Below are positions 48,765 through 58,397 of a stretch of 64,000 nt of DNA, piece by piece; the stretch's first letter is position 1, and each line of letters opens with the position of its first letter. The DNA comes from Dehalococcoidia bacterium (lineage in GTDB: Bacteria > Chloroflexota > Dehalococcoidia > UBA2979), in contig CAXXDN010000002.1 in the NCBI GenBank assembly GCA_963667465.2, forward strand, positions 608,001 to 672,000, given 5' to 3'. The notes beneath the pieces were generated by a model, which ran no database searches, was not told the DNA's origin, and saw only the letters and a list, made by a program, of their open reading frames with translations. The translations under genes were made by a program, and so were the position numbers.

Positions 48765-49955
48765 CTAGCGCGCGTCCGGGTCGAACTCGGGGATGAGCTC
48801 GCCGGTGAGGCGGATGCTCTCCATGATCGCGTCGTGCGGGATCGCGCCGACCTGGTGGAAGGACATCAGGCGGTCGATGCCGGCATCCTGGTAGACCTTC
48901 ATCCCTTCGCGGACCTGGTCCTGGCTGCCGACGATCAGGGAGTGCTGCTTGGAGAGCACGTCCCAGACCTCCTCGGGGGTGACTTCCTCACCCTCCATGA
49001 CCTTCGCGACGATCAGCTGGGCCTCGGTCACATCGTCGTCGGCGTGCTCACGCAGGAACTGGCCGGTGAGGCCGCCACCTGCCGGGTCGGCTGCCGCCGC
49101 TTCCAGCTCCCTGGCGGTGAGCACGAAGGACTCCTTCGCCTCGAAGAAGGTGAAGGCGCCGTTGGTGTACCAGGCGGCCGCGTCGGCGGCGCCGTTCTCC
49201 ATCGCCTGCTGCTCGCTCTCGGCGGCGTGCACGAAGGTGAAGAAGGCAACCTGGTCGTTGACCTCCTCGCCGACGGGGTCGCAGTCCTTGATCGCATCGC
49301 GGTAGAGGCCGATCCACTCGGCGACCTGGTCGAGCGAGGCCCAGAGCGTGACGCCGAGCGCGCCGACGCCGTTGCGGCCCGCCTGCTCGAACGAGGTCGG
49401 GCTGGAGCAGGCCTGCCAGAGGCGCGGGTGCGGCTTCTGGTAGGGCTTCGGGATGATGGAGGCGTTGTTGATCTCGTAGAAGTCGCTCTTCCAGGAGAAG
49501 TCGTCGGTGGTCCACATTTTCGGGATCATCTCGAAGGCTTGCTGCATCTGGTCGCGAGTCTCGTCGGGGTCGATGTTGAAGGTGCGCCACTCAGGAATCG
49601 TGGACCGGGCGAGGCCGAGTTCGAAGCGGCCGTTGCTGACGTGGTCCAGGAAGGCGGCGCGCTCCGCGACCCGGATCGGGTGGTTGAAGCGGAAGGGGGA
49701 GAGCACCGCGGAGTGGCCGACGCGCAGGTTCTCCGTGTTGGCGGCGATGTTGGTGAGCATGATCTCCGGCGCCGAGCTGTAGCTGAACTCGACGGCGGTG
49801 TGGTGCTCCACCTCCCACCAGATCCCGTAGCCCATCTCGTCGGCGAGCTTCGCCTGCGCGAGGGTCTCCTCGAACAGCCGGTGCTCGTGGTTCTCGACGT
49901 CGGGGCCCCAGAGCTCCTTGGGTTGCTGCATCTCGGAGAAGATGTCGACCTTCAC
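48765..49955 (-). CDS. luciferase-like (LLM) flavin-dependent oxidoreductase
   Basis: AKLADEMGY..W.VEHH, SSAPE, HPIRVAER..LD.VSNGR, PKPYQKPHP; GTG start. Confidence 0.9.
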   Translation of the reverse strand: MKVDIFSEMQQPKELWGPDVENHEHRLFEETLAQAKLADEMGYGIWWEVEHHTAVEFSYSSAPEIMLTNIAANTENLRVGHSAVLSPFRFNHPIRVAERAAFLDHVSNGRFELGLARSTIPEWRTFNIDPDETRDQMQQAFEMIPKMWTTDDFSWKSDFYEINNASIIPKPYQKPHPRLWQACSSPTSFEQAGRNGVGALGVTLWASLDQVAEWIGLYRDAIKDCDPVGEEVNDQVAFFTFVHAAESEQQAMENGAADAAAWYTNGAFTFFEAKESFVLTARELEAAAADPAGGGLTGQFLREHADDDVTEAQLIVAKVMEGEEVTPEEVWDVLSKQHSLIVGSQDQVREGMKVYQDAGIDRLMSFHQVGAIPHDAIMESIRLTGELIPEFDPDAR

Positions 49956-50147
49956 GCACTGCTCCTCTTCGCTCTCGCCGTCGCCGCCCGCGCGCCCTCG
50001 ATGGGCGCGAACGCTCCGGCGATTCGTGTGCCGCAGGCCAGCATCCCGACGAACTCCGCGAGTGTCAAACGGCGCGAGGAGGGCCGCGCACAGCAAGGGG
50101 GCTGCCTCGTCGGCAGCCCCCGGATTGGCGTCTCGCGCGGCTGGTTG

Positions 50148-50924
50148 TTAGCGGCCCTTGAAGACCGGCTTGCGCTTCTCGGCGAAGGCGAGGGCGGCCT
50201 CGCGCGTGTCCTCGAGCGACATCAGCCCGTCGAGCGCCGCGGGGAACGCGATGTTCGACTGGTACGTGTTCGGGCGCGGACGCGCCATCATCAGCTGCTG
50301 CTTGGTGACCTGGACGTGCACCGGGGGCAGCGCCGCGATCTCCTCGGCGATGTCCATCGCCGTGGACATCAGTTCGGACTCCGGCACGACGTGGTTGATG
50401 ATGCCCAGCTCGTAGGCGCGCTGCGCGTCGAACTGGTGGCCGCGGATCACGATCTCGCTGCCGGGCAGCCAGTAGAGGTTCTGCAGGATCACGAACAGCG
50501 CCGGCCCGATGATGCCCGTCGGGATTTCCGACATCGCGAAGCGCGCGCCCTCGGCGGCGACGCAGATGTCGGAGCCGCAGACGATGTAGAAGCCCGCGCC
50601 CCAGGCGCCGCCCTGGACGGCCGTGATGATCGGCTTGTCGGTCTCGGGGACGCCGTAGAAGCCCATCTTGGCGACGGGCGCGTCGGGGTTGCTGATCTCG
50701 GGGCGGCCCCCGGCCTGCTCGCGAATGTCGCGGCCGGCGGAGAAGATGCGGCCCTCGCCGCTGACGACGGCAATGCGCATCTCCGGGTCGTTCTCGAACT
50801 CGTACCAGGCCTGGCTGAGGTCGTGGCGGATCTGCGCGCCGATCGCGTTCAGGCGCTCCGGCCGGTTGAGGCGGATGTGATAGATGTGGCCGAGCTTCTC
50901 GACGTTGACGTACTGCAGGTCCAC
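50148..50924 (-). CDS. crotonase/enoyl-CoA hydratase family (copy 3)
   Basis: paralog of copies 1 and 2; GTG start after GAGGAG. Confidence 0.9.
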   Translation of the reverse strand: MDLQYVNVEKLGHIYHIRLNRPERLNAIGAQIRHDLSQAWYEFENDPEMRIAVVSGEGRIFSAGRDIREQAGGRPEISNPDAPVAKMGFYGVPETDKPIITAVQGGAWGAGFYIVCGSDICVAAEGARFAMSEIPTGIIGPALFVILQNLYWLPGSEIVIRGHQFDAQRAYELGIINHVVPESELMSTAMDIAEEIAALPPVHVQVTKQQLMMARPRPNTYQSNIAFPAALDGLMSLEDTREAALAFAEKRKPVFKGR

Positions 50925-51132
50925 CGCTGACTCCTCGAAGCAACTAGGCGTTCGTTCCCGCGCGGACTCTAGCACATCACCGCCGTTTCGGGCGTCGCGA
51001 GGGGGTGCGCTTGCGTTATTCGCGAGGGTGCCGACAATAGGCGGCGCCGGTCTGCGACGGCGAATGCCGCCTCGGCCACCCGTACGGAAGCTGTTGGGCG
51101 CACGCGCGGTGCGCCCGCGAAGGGAGCCCCAC

Positions 51133-51579
51133 GTGCACCTCCTCTCCACCCTGCTGCGCCCTCGCCGCCTCGCCGAGGCCCACTGCGATGGCCCTTGCGG
51201 CATCTACGACCCCGCGTCGGCGCGCATCGCCGCCGAGGCGGTGCTCTCGATGGCGCAGAAGATCGTCGCGCTCGGCGACGCCGACGATGCGGCGACGAAC
51301 AACACGCGCTCGCGCTTCACCGCGATCAAGGAGGAGCAGGCGGAGCAGGCCAAGCGCGAGCTCAACATCCTCTGGACGGACTACTTCAACCCGGAGCGCA
51401 CCGCGAACCACCCGGACCTCTGGCAGACCTTCTGGAACGCCGCCAAGCTCTGCTCCCGAAACAAGACGGAGCTGAGCGTCGAGGCCGGCGAGGAGCTGCT
51501 CGCGACGATCGAGGAGATCCACAACGTCTTCTGGGCCACCAAGGGCCGCGACGACGTCCCGTTCTACCTGGCCGTCTAG
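51133..51579 (+). CDS. sodN: nickel superoxide dismutase precursor
   Basis: leader ending AEA, then Ni-hook HCDGPCGIYDP; LWTDYF; FWATK. Confidence 0.95.
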   Translation: MHLLSTLLRPRRLAEAHCDGPCGIYDPASARIAAEAVLSMAQKIVALGDADDAATNNTRSRFTAIKEEQAEQAKRELNILWTDYFNPERTANHPDLWQTFWNAAKLCSRNKTELSVEAGEELLATIEEIHNVFWATKGRDDVPFYLAV

Positions 51580-51676
51580 CGAGACGGCCACCAACCCGGC
51601 GGCCGGAGGGCCGCACCGCGGCGACCTCGCGTTCGCCCTCGCGTGCTGTGCGGCGGCGGGCGCGCTCGCCTGGTTC

Positions 51677-52051
51677 GTGCTACGCCTCGCGGGACGCTTC
51701 ACCCGCTACGAGATCGCGGGTGAGAGCATGCTGCCCACCCTGCGCCCCGGCGACTGGGTGATCGTCGACGGGCGCGCCTGGGCGCACCACGAGCCGCGCG
51801 AGGGCGAGATCGTGCTCGCGCGGGACCCCCGGCAACCGGAGCGCGCGCTGGTCAAGCGGATCCGGGCGCGAGAGCCGGCCGGCGACCTCTGGCTGCTCGG
51901 CGACAACGCCCGGAGGAGCACGGACAGCCGCACGCTCGGCGCGTTTCCGCCGGAGGCCTTGCTCGGCCGCGTACGCTGGCGCTACTGGCCGCCCCCCGGC
52001 GCGGCCTTCCCCACGCTCGATGAGCGGGAGACGGCAGCGGAGGCGCCGTGA
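51677..52051 (+). CDS. sodX: NiSOD maturation protease (S26 family); may start at ACG 51584
   Basis: GESMLPTL.PGD, VKR, GDN...STDSR..G; directly after sodN. Confidence 0.88.
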   Translation: MLRLAGRFTRYEIAGESMLPTLRPGDWVIVDGRAWAHHEPREGEIVLARDPRQPERALVKRIRAREPAGDLWLLGDNARRSTDSRTLGAFPPEALLGRVRWRYWPPPGAAFPTLDERETAAEAP

Positions 52052-52818
52052 AGCTCGCAACCTGGAACGTGAACTCTGTGCGCGCGCGCATGCCGCGACT
52101 GCTCGAGTTCCTCCACGTCCACGAGCCGGACGTCGTCTGCCTGCAAGAGACGAAGACCGCCCCCGGCGACTTCCCCGCGGGCGCGCTGCGCGAGGCCGGC
52201 TACCGCGCCGCCGACGAGTCCGCCGGACGCTGGGCCGGCGTCGCGATCCTCGCCCGCGAGGACCACGCGATCGAGGATGTCGCGCTTGGGCTGCCGGGCA
52301 GCCCGCTCCCGGAGGACGCGCGCTGGATCGAGGCGACCGTCGCCGGGCTGCGCACGGTCAGCGTCTATGTCGTCAACGGCCGCGCGCTGGACGATCCGAT
52401 GTATGAGGCGAAGCTCGCCTTCCTCGACGCGATGGCGGAGCGCGCGGCGCAGCTCGCGGGCCAGCCGCTCGTGATCGCCGGCGACTACAACATCGCGCCG
52501 GCGGATGTCGATGTCTGGGATCCCGCGGCCTTCGAGGGCGCGACGCACACCAGCGTGCCGGAGCGGGAGCGCCTCGGCGCGTTGCTGGACGCGGGGCTCG
52601 CGGACGCCTTCCGTGTGGTCCAGCCGGAGACGGTGCAGCACACCTGGTGGGACTACCGGCAGGGGCACTTCCACCGCGGCATGGGGATGCGCATCGATCT
52701 CGCGCTGGTCAGCGCGGACCTCGCGGGACGGCTGCGAGCGGCGGGCATCGACCGCGACTTCCGCAAGGGCCCCAAGCCCTCCGACCACGCCCCCGTGCTG
52801 TTCGAGTTCGACGACTGA
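52048..52818 (+). CDS. xth: exodeoxyribonuclease III
   Basis: ATWNVNS, LQETK, GDYNIAP, WWDYR, RID, SDHAP. Confidence 0.94.
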   Translation: MKLATWNVNSVRARMPRLLEFLHVHEPDVVCLQETKTAPGDFPAGALREAGYRAADESAGRWAGVAILAREDHAIEDVALGLPGSPLPEDARWIEATVAGLRTVSVYVVNGRALDDPMYEAKLAFLDAMAERAAQLAGQPLVIAGDYNIAPADVDVWDPAAFEGATHTSVPERERLGALLDAGLADAFRVVQPETVQHTWWDYRQGHFHRGMGMRIDLALVSADLAGRLRAAGIDRDFRKGPKPSDHAPVLFEFDD

Positions 52819-52913
52819 GCGCGGCGGAGGTGGTCGCAGCGCCTCGCGCTGGTACGCCCTGGCCGCCGCGCCGTACCCTGCGCCGCACGAGGCGCCGAGC
52901 GTGAAGTGATCGG

Positions 52914-54026
52914 ATGTGGGCGATGAACGAGGACGCGCTGCGCACGCGGCTCTGCGAGGAGTACGGCTGCGAGTACCCGATCGTCGCCTTCTGCCACACG
53001 AAGGAGGTCGTCGCTGCCGTAACGAACGCCGGCGGCATCGGCGTCCTTGGCACGACCCAGCTCAAGAAGGACGAGTTCCGCCGCGACGTGCGCTGGATCC
53101 GCGACCACGTCGGCGACAAGCCCTTCGGCATCGACACGCTGCTGCCCGCGACGTTCCAGGAAGGCAACGTCGAGGACCTCGAGGCGCTGATCCCGCAGGA
53201 GCACCGGGACTTCGTCGAGCGGCTGCAGCTCGACAACCAGATTCCGGACCCGAGCACGCCGCCGCCGTGGCAGCCCTCGGTCGGCGCGGACCTGCTGCAG
53301 CGCGCCCGCGACCATATCGACGTGACGATCGAGGAACGCGTGCCGATCTTCGCCTCGGGCCTCGGCAACCCCGCCGTGATCCTCGATCGCGCGCACGCGG
53401 CGGGGACGAAGGTCTGGGGGCTGATCGGTATGACGCGGCAGGCGCGCCGCGAGTTCGAGGCGGGCGTCGATCTGATCATCGCGCAGGGCGGTGACTCGGG
53501 CGCCCACTCCGGGCGAATCGGCACCTTCTCGCTCGTCCCGGCGGTCGCGAGGATGGCCCAGGAGTACGACACGCCGGTCCTCGCGGCGGGCGGTGTGACG
53601 CGCGGCGAGCACCTCGTTGCCGCGCTCGCCCTTGGTGCGGTCGGCGTCTGGAGCGGGACGATCTGGCAGGCGACCACGGAGTCGCACATCGACTCCTACC
53701 TCAAGCAGAAGCTGGTCAGCGCCGCGACCGAGGACTCGACGAAGAGCCGCGCGCTGACCGGCAAGCCCGCCGCGCGGCTGCGCTCGAAGATGATCGACGC
53801 CTGGGAGCAGCCCGACGCTCCGGAACCGCTCGGCATGCCGCTCCAGCCGATGCTGATGGCGAAGCTCATGCAGGCGGTCGACGACCACCACGTCGACGAG
53901 TTCATGAATATCGCCGCCGGGCAGGGCGTGGGCCTGATCGACGAGATCCGCCCGGCCGCCCAGGTGGTCGAGGACATGGTCGCCGAGGCGCGCGCGATCC
54001 TCGCCGGGGAGCCGCTGCCGGCCTGA
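52914..54026 (+). CDS. nitronate monooxygenase-family flavoprotein
   Basis: VTNAGGIG.LG, PFGID, AQG..SGAH, LAAGG, ALALGA.GVW.GT, AGQGVG; start may be 52923. Confidence 0.88.
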   Translation: MWAMNEDALRTRLCEEYGCEYPIVAFCHTKEVVAAVTNAGGIGVLGTTQLKKDEFRRDVRWIRDHVGDKPFGIDTLLPATFQEGNVEDLEALIPQEHRDFVERLQLDNQIPDPSTPPPWQPSVGADLLQRARDHIDVTIEERVPIFASGLGNPAVILDRAHAAGTKVWGLIGMTRQARREFEAGVDLIIAQGGDSGAHSGRIGTFSLVPAVARMAQEYDTPVLAAGGVTRGEHLVAALALGAVGVWSGTIWQATTESHIDSYLKQKLVSAATEDSTKSRALTGKPAARLRSKMIDAWEQPDAPEPLGMPLQPMLMAKLMQAVDDHHVDEFMNIAAGQGVGLIDEIRPAAQVVEDMVAEARAILAGEPLPA

Positions 54027-54038
54027 GCGCTCGTCTCG

Positions 54039-55439
54039 CTACAACGGCGGGCGGCGCGGCCAGCCCGTCGCCTGCTCGCAGGCGTGCGCGGCGCGGCAGA
54101 CCGTCGCCTCGGCGAACGGGCGGCCCGCGATCATCAGCCCGATCGGCAAGCCGTCGCCGTCGAGGCCGCAGGGCACGCTGATCGCCGGCAGGCCGCTGAT
54201 GTTGTACGAGCGCGTGTAGCTCGCGAGGCGTGAGCCGGGGTCGCCGGCGGCCACCGTCGGTACCTTCAGCGGCAGCGTCGGCGAGACCAGCAGGTCGACG
54301 CCTTCGAGGACGGCGAGCACCTCGAGCTCGATCGCGCGGCGCTTCTCCAGGTCGCGCAGGTACTCGATCGCCGGGCGGGTCAGCCCGGGCTCGACCTTGC
54401 CGCGGATCTCGTCGCTGTAGCGCTCGGGGTGTTCGCGCAGCCACCGCTCGTGGAAGGCAGCGCCCTCGACCTGGCTGATCAGCAGCCGCCCGGTCGCGCC
54501 CAGCAGCGGCAACTCCACCTCCACCGTCTCGGCGCCGAGCGCGCGCAGCTCAGCGAGGGCGGCCTCGCAAGCCTCGGCGACCTCGTCGTCGCAGTCCGCC
54601 CAGAGCGGGTTGCGAGGCACGCCGAGGCGCAGTCCGGCGAGGTCCTGTCCCAGCTCGCGCGTGAAGTCCTCGGGCGGTCGTTCCACGGACTGCGGGTCGG
54701 AGGGGTCATGGCCGGCGATGGCGTTGAGGATCAGCGTGGAGTCCTCGACGCTCTTCGTGAGCGGGCCGGCGTGGTCGAGCGTGGTCGAGAGCGGCACGAG
54801 GCCGCTGCGGCTCACCAGCCCGCGCGTCGGCTTCAGGCCGGCGACGCCGCAGATCGCGGCGGGCATGCGGATCGAGCCGCCGGTGTCGCTGCCGAGCGTG
54901 CCGAGGGCGGATCCGGCCGCCGCCGCCGCCCCGCTGCCGCCGCTGCTGCCGCCCGGCGTGTAGTCGGTGTTCCAGGGGTTGTGGATCGTCCCGAAGTGGG
55001 CGTTGTCGCTGGTGGTGCCGAAGGCGAACTCGTGCATGCCGAGCTTGCCCGTCAGGACGATGCCCGCCTCGTGGAGCTTCGCGACGACGAAGGCGTCCTC
55101 GTCGGGCACGCGATCGCGCAGGAAGCCGGAGCCCGCCGTCGTCACGATCCCGGCGGTGTCGAACAGATCCTTGAGCGCGAACGGGATGCCGTGCAGCGGC
55201 CCGCGATCGAGGCCGCTCGCCAGCTCCTCGTCGGCGCGCGCCGCCTGCTCGCGCGCGAGGTCCGCCGTGACGAGCAGGTAGGCGTTGAGTGCGGGTTCGG
55301 TGTCCTCGATCCGCGCGAGGACGGACTCGGTCAGCGCGGCCGCCGTCAGGGAGCCGTTGCGCAGCGCCGCGGCGGCTTCGGCGATCGTGAACGCGAAGGG
55401 CTGGGGGTCGGGGACCTCGAGGGCGTCGGGTGGGGGCAT
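54039..55439 (-). CDS. amidase signature family
   Basis: GPLHGIP.ALKD, GGSSGGS, GSDTGGSIR.PA triad. Confidence 0.92.
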   Translation of the reverse strand: MPPPDALEVPDPQPFAFTIAEAAAALRNGSLTAAALTESVLARIEDTEPALNAYLLVTADLAREQAARADEELASGLDRGPLHGIPFALKDLFDTAGIVTTAGSGFLRDRVPDEDAFVVAKLHEAGIVLTGKLGMHEFAFGTTSDNAHFGTIHNPWNTDYTPGGSSGGSGAAAAAGSALGTLGSDTGGSIRMPAAICGVAGLKPTRGLVSRSGLVPLSTTLDHAGPLTKSVEDSTLILNAIAGHDPSDPQSVERPPEDFTRELGQDLAGLRLGVPRNPLWADCDDEVAEACEAALAELRALGAETVEVELPLLGATGRLLISQVEGAAFHERWLREHPERYSDEIRGKVEPGLTRPAIEYLRDLEKRRAIELEVLAVLEGVDLLVSPTLPLKVPTVAAGDPGSRLASYTRSYNISGLPAISVPCGLDGDGLPIGLMIAGRPFAEATVCRAAHACEQATGWPRRPPL

Positions 55440-55458
55440 GGCGCGCTCCTCCCCGCCG

Positions 55459-56760
55459 TCAGCGCAGGCGGCTGAGCGGCGTGCGTGCGATGAACTGGGC
55501 GGCGGTGATCGCGAGCAGTGCGACCGCGGCGAGGCCGACGGCGATCTGCGGGCCGATCGCGTTCGCGACGAGGCTGACGAGCAGCGTGCCGAGCGACATC
55601 AGGCCGTACTGCATCATGTACACGCTCAGCGCGCGGCCCCGGTAGTCCTCGTCCGTGTAGGCCTGCAGCAACACGCTTCCGAGCGAGAGGTAGCCGGCCT
55701 GCCCGATGCCGATCCCGACGGCGCAGACGAGGGCAATCCAGAAGCTGGTGTTCACGGAGAAGACGAGCATCGCGATCCCGATCAGCGCGACGCTCAGCAT
55801 CCAGACGCGCCCGCGCTGACCTCCGGGGATCGAGGCGACGACCAGCGAGCCCCCCACCGCGCCCAGACCGCCCATGCTGAGCAGCAGCCCGAGGGCGCCC
55901 GCACCGACGTCAAGCACCTCCTTGGCATAGCCAGGCAGCAGCGTCATGTAGGTCATCCAGAAGAGCGCGACGGCGCCGTTGTAGATCAGCAGCGGGCGCA
56001 TCACCGTGTCGCGCGCGACATAGCGCAACCCATCGGCGAGCTGCCCGAGCGCGCGCGAGGGCGCGGCGGCCGCTCGCGGGCCGATCTCGACCGGCAGCAG
56101 CAGCACGAGCGCCGCGACGTAGAGCGCGGCCATCAGGTAGTACACGTACTGCGTGCCTGCGACGCTGCCCTCGGGCCCGAGCGCGCCGATCATCCAGCCG
56201 GCGAGTGCGGGCATGAGCAGGAACGCGCCGTTTTGCCCCGTAGTGTAGAGCGCCATCGCGTTCGTCAGGTGCTTCATGCCAACCACGGACGGCGTGAGCG
56301 CCTGCCGCGCCGGCATCGTGAGCGTGTGCGACCCGGCGATCAGCGAGGCGCCGACCGCGATCTGCCAGAACTGCACGTTGCCGCTCGCGACGAGCAAGCC
56401 CATCGCGAGCGAGCCGATCGCCCCGCCGGCCTGCCCGATCTGGATGAAGCGCTTGCGATGCTTGACCTTGTCCGCGAGGACGCCGCCCGGCAGCGCGGTC
56501 AGCAGGCCGGTGATCCCCGCCGCGAGGTGGAGCAGGCCGAGCGCCGCGAACGATCCGGTGAGCTCGAACGTCAGCCAGCCGGCCGCGAACATCTGCACAC
56601 CCATCGCCGCGAAGCCGGCGAACATCGAGGTGAAGAACCAGCGGAAGCTGATGATCCGGAACGAGTCGAGTGTGCGAAAGCGCCGCCTGCCCCCGGAGAC
56701 TGCCTCGTCGACGGGAATGGGCGTTGGCGGCGTCGCGGCGCGCTCGCGTGGCTGTGTCAC
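55459..56760 (-). CDS. MFS transporter
   Basis: about 12 TM; GGVLADK, PARQA, YRGR; GTG start inferred. Confidence 0.88.
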   Translation of the reverse strand: MTQPRERAATPPTPIPVDEAVSGGRRRFRTLDSFRIISFRWFFTSMFAGFAAMGVQMFAAGWLTFELTGSFAALGLLHLAAGITGLLTALPGGVLADKVKHRKRFIQIGQAGGAIGSLAMGLLVASGNVQFWQIAVGASLIAGSHTLTMPARQALTPSVVGMKHLTNAMALYTTGQNGAFLLMPALAGWMIGALGPEGSVAGTQYVYYLMAALYVAALVLLLPVEIGPRAAAAPSRALGQLADGLRYVARDTVMRPLLIYNGAVALFWMTYMTLLPGYAKEVLDVGAGALGLLLSMGGLGAVGGSLVVASIPGGQRGRVWMLSVALIGIAMLVFSVNTSFWIALVCAVGIGIGQAGYLSLGSVLLQAYTDEDYRGRALSVYMMQYGLMSLGTLLVSLVANAIGPQIAVGLAAVALLAITAAQFIARTPLSRLR

Positions 56761-56814
56761 GCGCGCATCGTGACGCATCGGCGGCGAGCGGCATAGCGCC
56801 GCAGCGCCGCTGAC

Positions 56815-57705
56815 TCAGGACGCGGGTGGTTCCCAGCTCACCACCGCGGTCTGCATGAACGGCAGCGGCAGCGCCACCAGCCCCTCGGCGCCCGCGTAGC
56901 GCTCCGTCAGGAGCTCGCGCATGCGCCCCTCCCGCGCCGAGCCGCGGGCGACGAAGTACCGGTGGCGGTTCGAGTCGATCACCTCGTCGACGGGGAGCGG
57001 CGGCGGAGCCGGCGGCGGTGTCGTCGTCAGGTCGAAGGCTCGCCCGCGCGCACCGAGGATCGCGAGGAACGCGCGCAACGCGGGTAGCTCGGCGGGTGGC
57101 TCGTCGTGCAGCGCCGACCAGAGCGGCTCCAGTGGCGTGCCCGGCATGTGGTCCATCAGGACGATCACGCAGAGCCGCCGTGCGTGCGCTTCGAGCGCAT
57201 CGAGGAAGGCGCCGACCTCCTCGACGAAGAACAGCACGCTCGCCGAGAGCGCCACATCGACGATCGGCGCGGCCTCGCCCGGTGCGCCCGCCGGTGGCCA
57301 GCCCAGCGCCGGCAAGACCGCGACGTTGTCGAGGCCGGAGGCGGCTGCCTCCTCGCGAAGCCGCGCCGTCATGCCGGGCGAGCGGTCGACCGCGGTCATG
57401 CGGCTGACGCGGCGGGCGAGCGGGATCGCGAGCCGCCCCGCTCCCGCGCCGACCTCGAGCCAGTGGTCCCCGGGTCTCGCGAGCGCCTCCAGCAGCGGCA
57501 ACTCGGGCGCGGGGTAGGCGTCCGGGCCGGGCGCGAAGATGTCGGCCATCGCGCCCCACTCATCGTCGGGTGGGGCCTGCTCGCGCATCCGCTCTGACTG
57601 CTCGTTGGCGGCGCGCTGCAGCGCGCGCCAGGCCGCGAGGGCTTCCGCCTCGGTCGGGCGCAGCGTGCGGCGTGCCTCGTCGGGTGTGGGCGCGAAGTCT
57701 GCCAT
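56815..57705 (-). CDS. class I SAM-dependent methyltransferase
   Basis: LEVGAGAGR, AVD.S.GM. Confidence 0.82.
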   Translation of the reverse strand: MADFAPTPDEARRTLRPTEAEALAAWRALQRAANEQSERMREQAPPDDEWGAMADIFAPGPDAYPAPELPLLEALARPGDHWLEVGAGAGRLAIPLARRVSRMTAVDRSPGMTARLREEAAASGLDNVAVLPALGWPPAGAPGEAAPIVDVALSASVLFFVEEVGAFLDALEAHARRLCVIVLMDHMPGTPLEPLWSALHDEPPAELPALRAFLAILGARGRAFDLTTTPPPAPPPLPVDEVIDSNRHRYFVARGSAREGRMRELLTERYAGAEGLVALPLPFMQTAVVSWEPPAS

Positions 57706-57824
57706 CACGGTTACGGTACCACCCGATCCAGAGAGGACCCCCGAATAGTAGTTGCCTGCCGACATGTTCCTGCTACGATGATCCTCGATAGGTCCGATCT
57801 GGCACGAGGGAGCGACCGTTCGCG

Positions 57825-58139
57825 ATGGCAGCGCCCACGTTCAATACGCACGACGCCGTCCGCAAGCTGCGCGGCACGGGTATCGACGAAGCGGCCGCCG
57901 AGGGTATCGTGGAGGTCGTGGAAGAAGCCACGAGCCCCCTCGTCACGCGCGACATCCTCCGCCTGGAGTTGAACAGTCTTCGTTCAGAACTCCATGCCGA
58001 CCATTCGGAGCTTCGAGCCGACCTGCTGGAGCTCCGTTCGGAGTTGTACCGGGCGCTCTGGTTCTTCGGGGCCGGCATCGTAGCTGTCATGAGTGGACTC
58101 ATTGCAGCGGCTATGGCCGTCGCCGCCTTCGTCGGCTGA
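57825..58139 (+). CDS. DUF1640/CCDC90-like coiled-coil protein with C-terminal TM
   Basis: FNTH.AV..L...G.....AE.IV, LVTR, heptad LRSE repeats, TM tail; upstream TTGCCT..TACGAT. Confidence 0.7.
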   Translation: MAAPTFNTHDAVRKLRGTGIDEAAAEGIVEVVEEATSPLVTRDILRLELNSLRSELHADHSELRADLLELRSELYRALWFFGAGIVAVMSGLIAAAMAVAAFVG

Positions 58140-58159
58140 CCTCGGGCCGACGTCATACC

Positions 58160-58330
58160 GTGCGGGAAGCTCCGAGTCCGCTTGTCACGCGAGACATCCT
58201 CCGATTGACGATGCAGGAGTTCCGGTCGGACCTGCATCGGGCGCTCTGGATCCACGGGATCGGGATCGTGGCTGGCGCGGGCGGCAGCGTTGTCCTCGCG
58301 GTTGTTGCCGTCATCGCCACCATCGACTGA
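58160..58330 (+). pseudogene. N-truncated paralog fragment of the DUF1640-like gene
   Basis: VREAPSPLVTRDILRLTMQEFRSDLHRALWIHGIGIVAG... matches the C-terminal half of 57825..58139. Confidence 0.65.
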
Positions 58331-58345
58331 CCCGCACCCCTCGCG

Positions 58346-58374
58346 TTGACCGCCACCGCGCCCGTGCCTACGCT
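58346..58374 (+). promoter_or_regulatory. sigma70-type promoter for the acyl-CoA dehydrogenase pair
   Basis: TTGACC-17 nt-TACGCT; GAGGAGG RBS downstream. Confidence 0.55.
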
Positions 58375-58397
58375 CGCGGCGCAGCGAGGAGGCGCCC

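Noticed and set aside
54039-55439. gatA
   Set aside because: No gatB/gatC neighbours; only generic amidase motifs in a catabolic context
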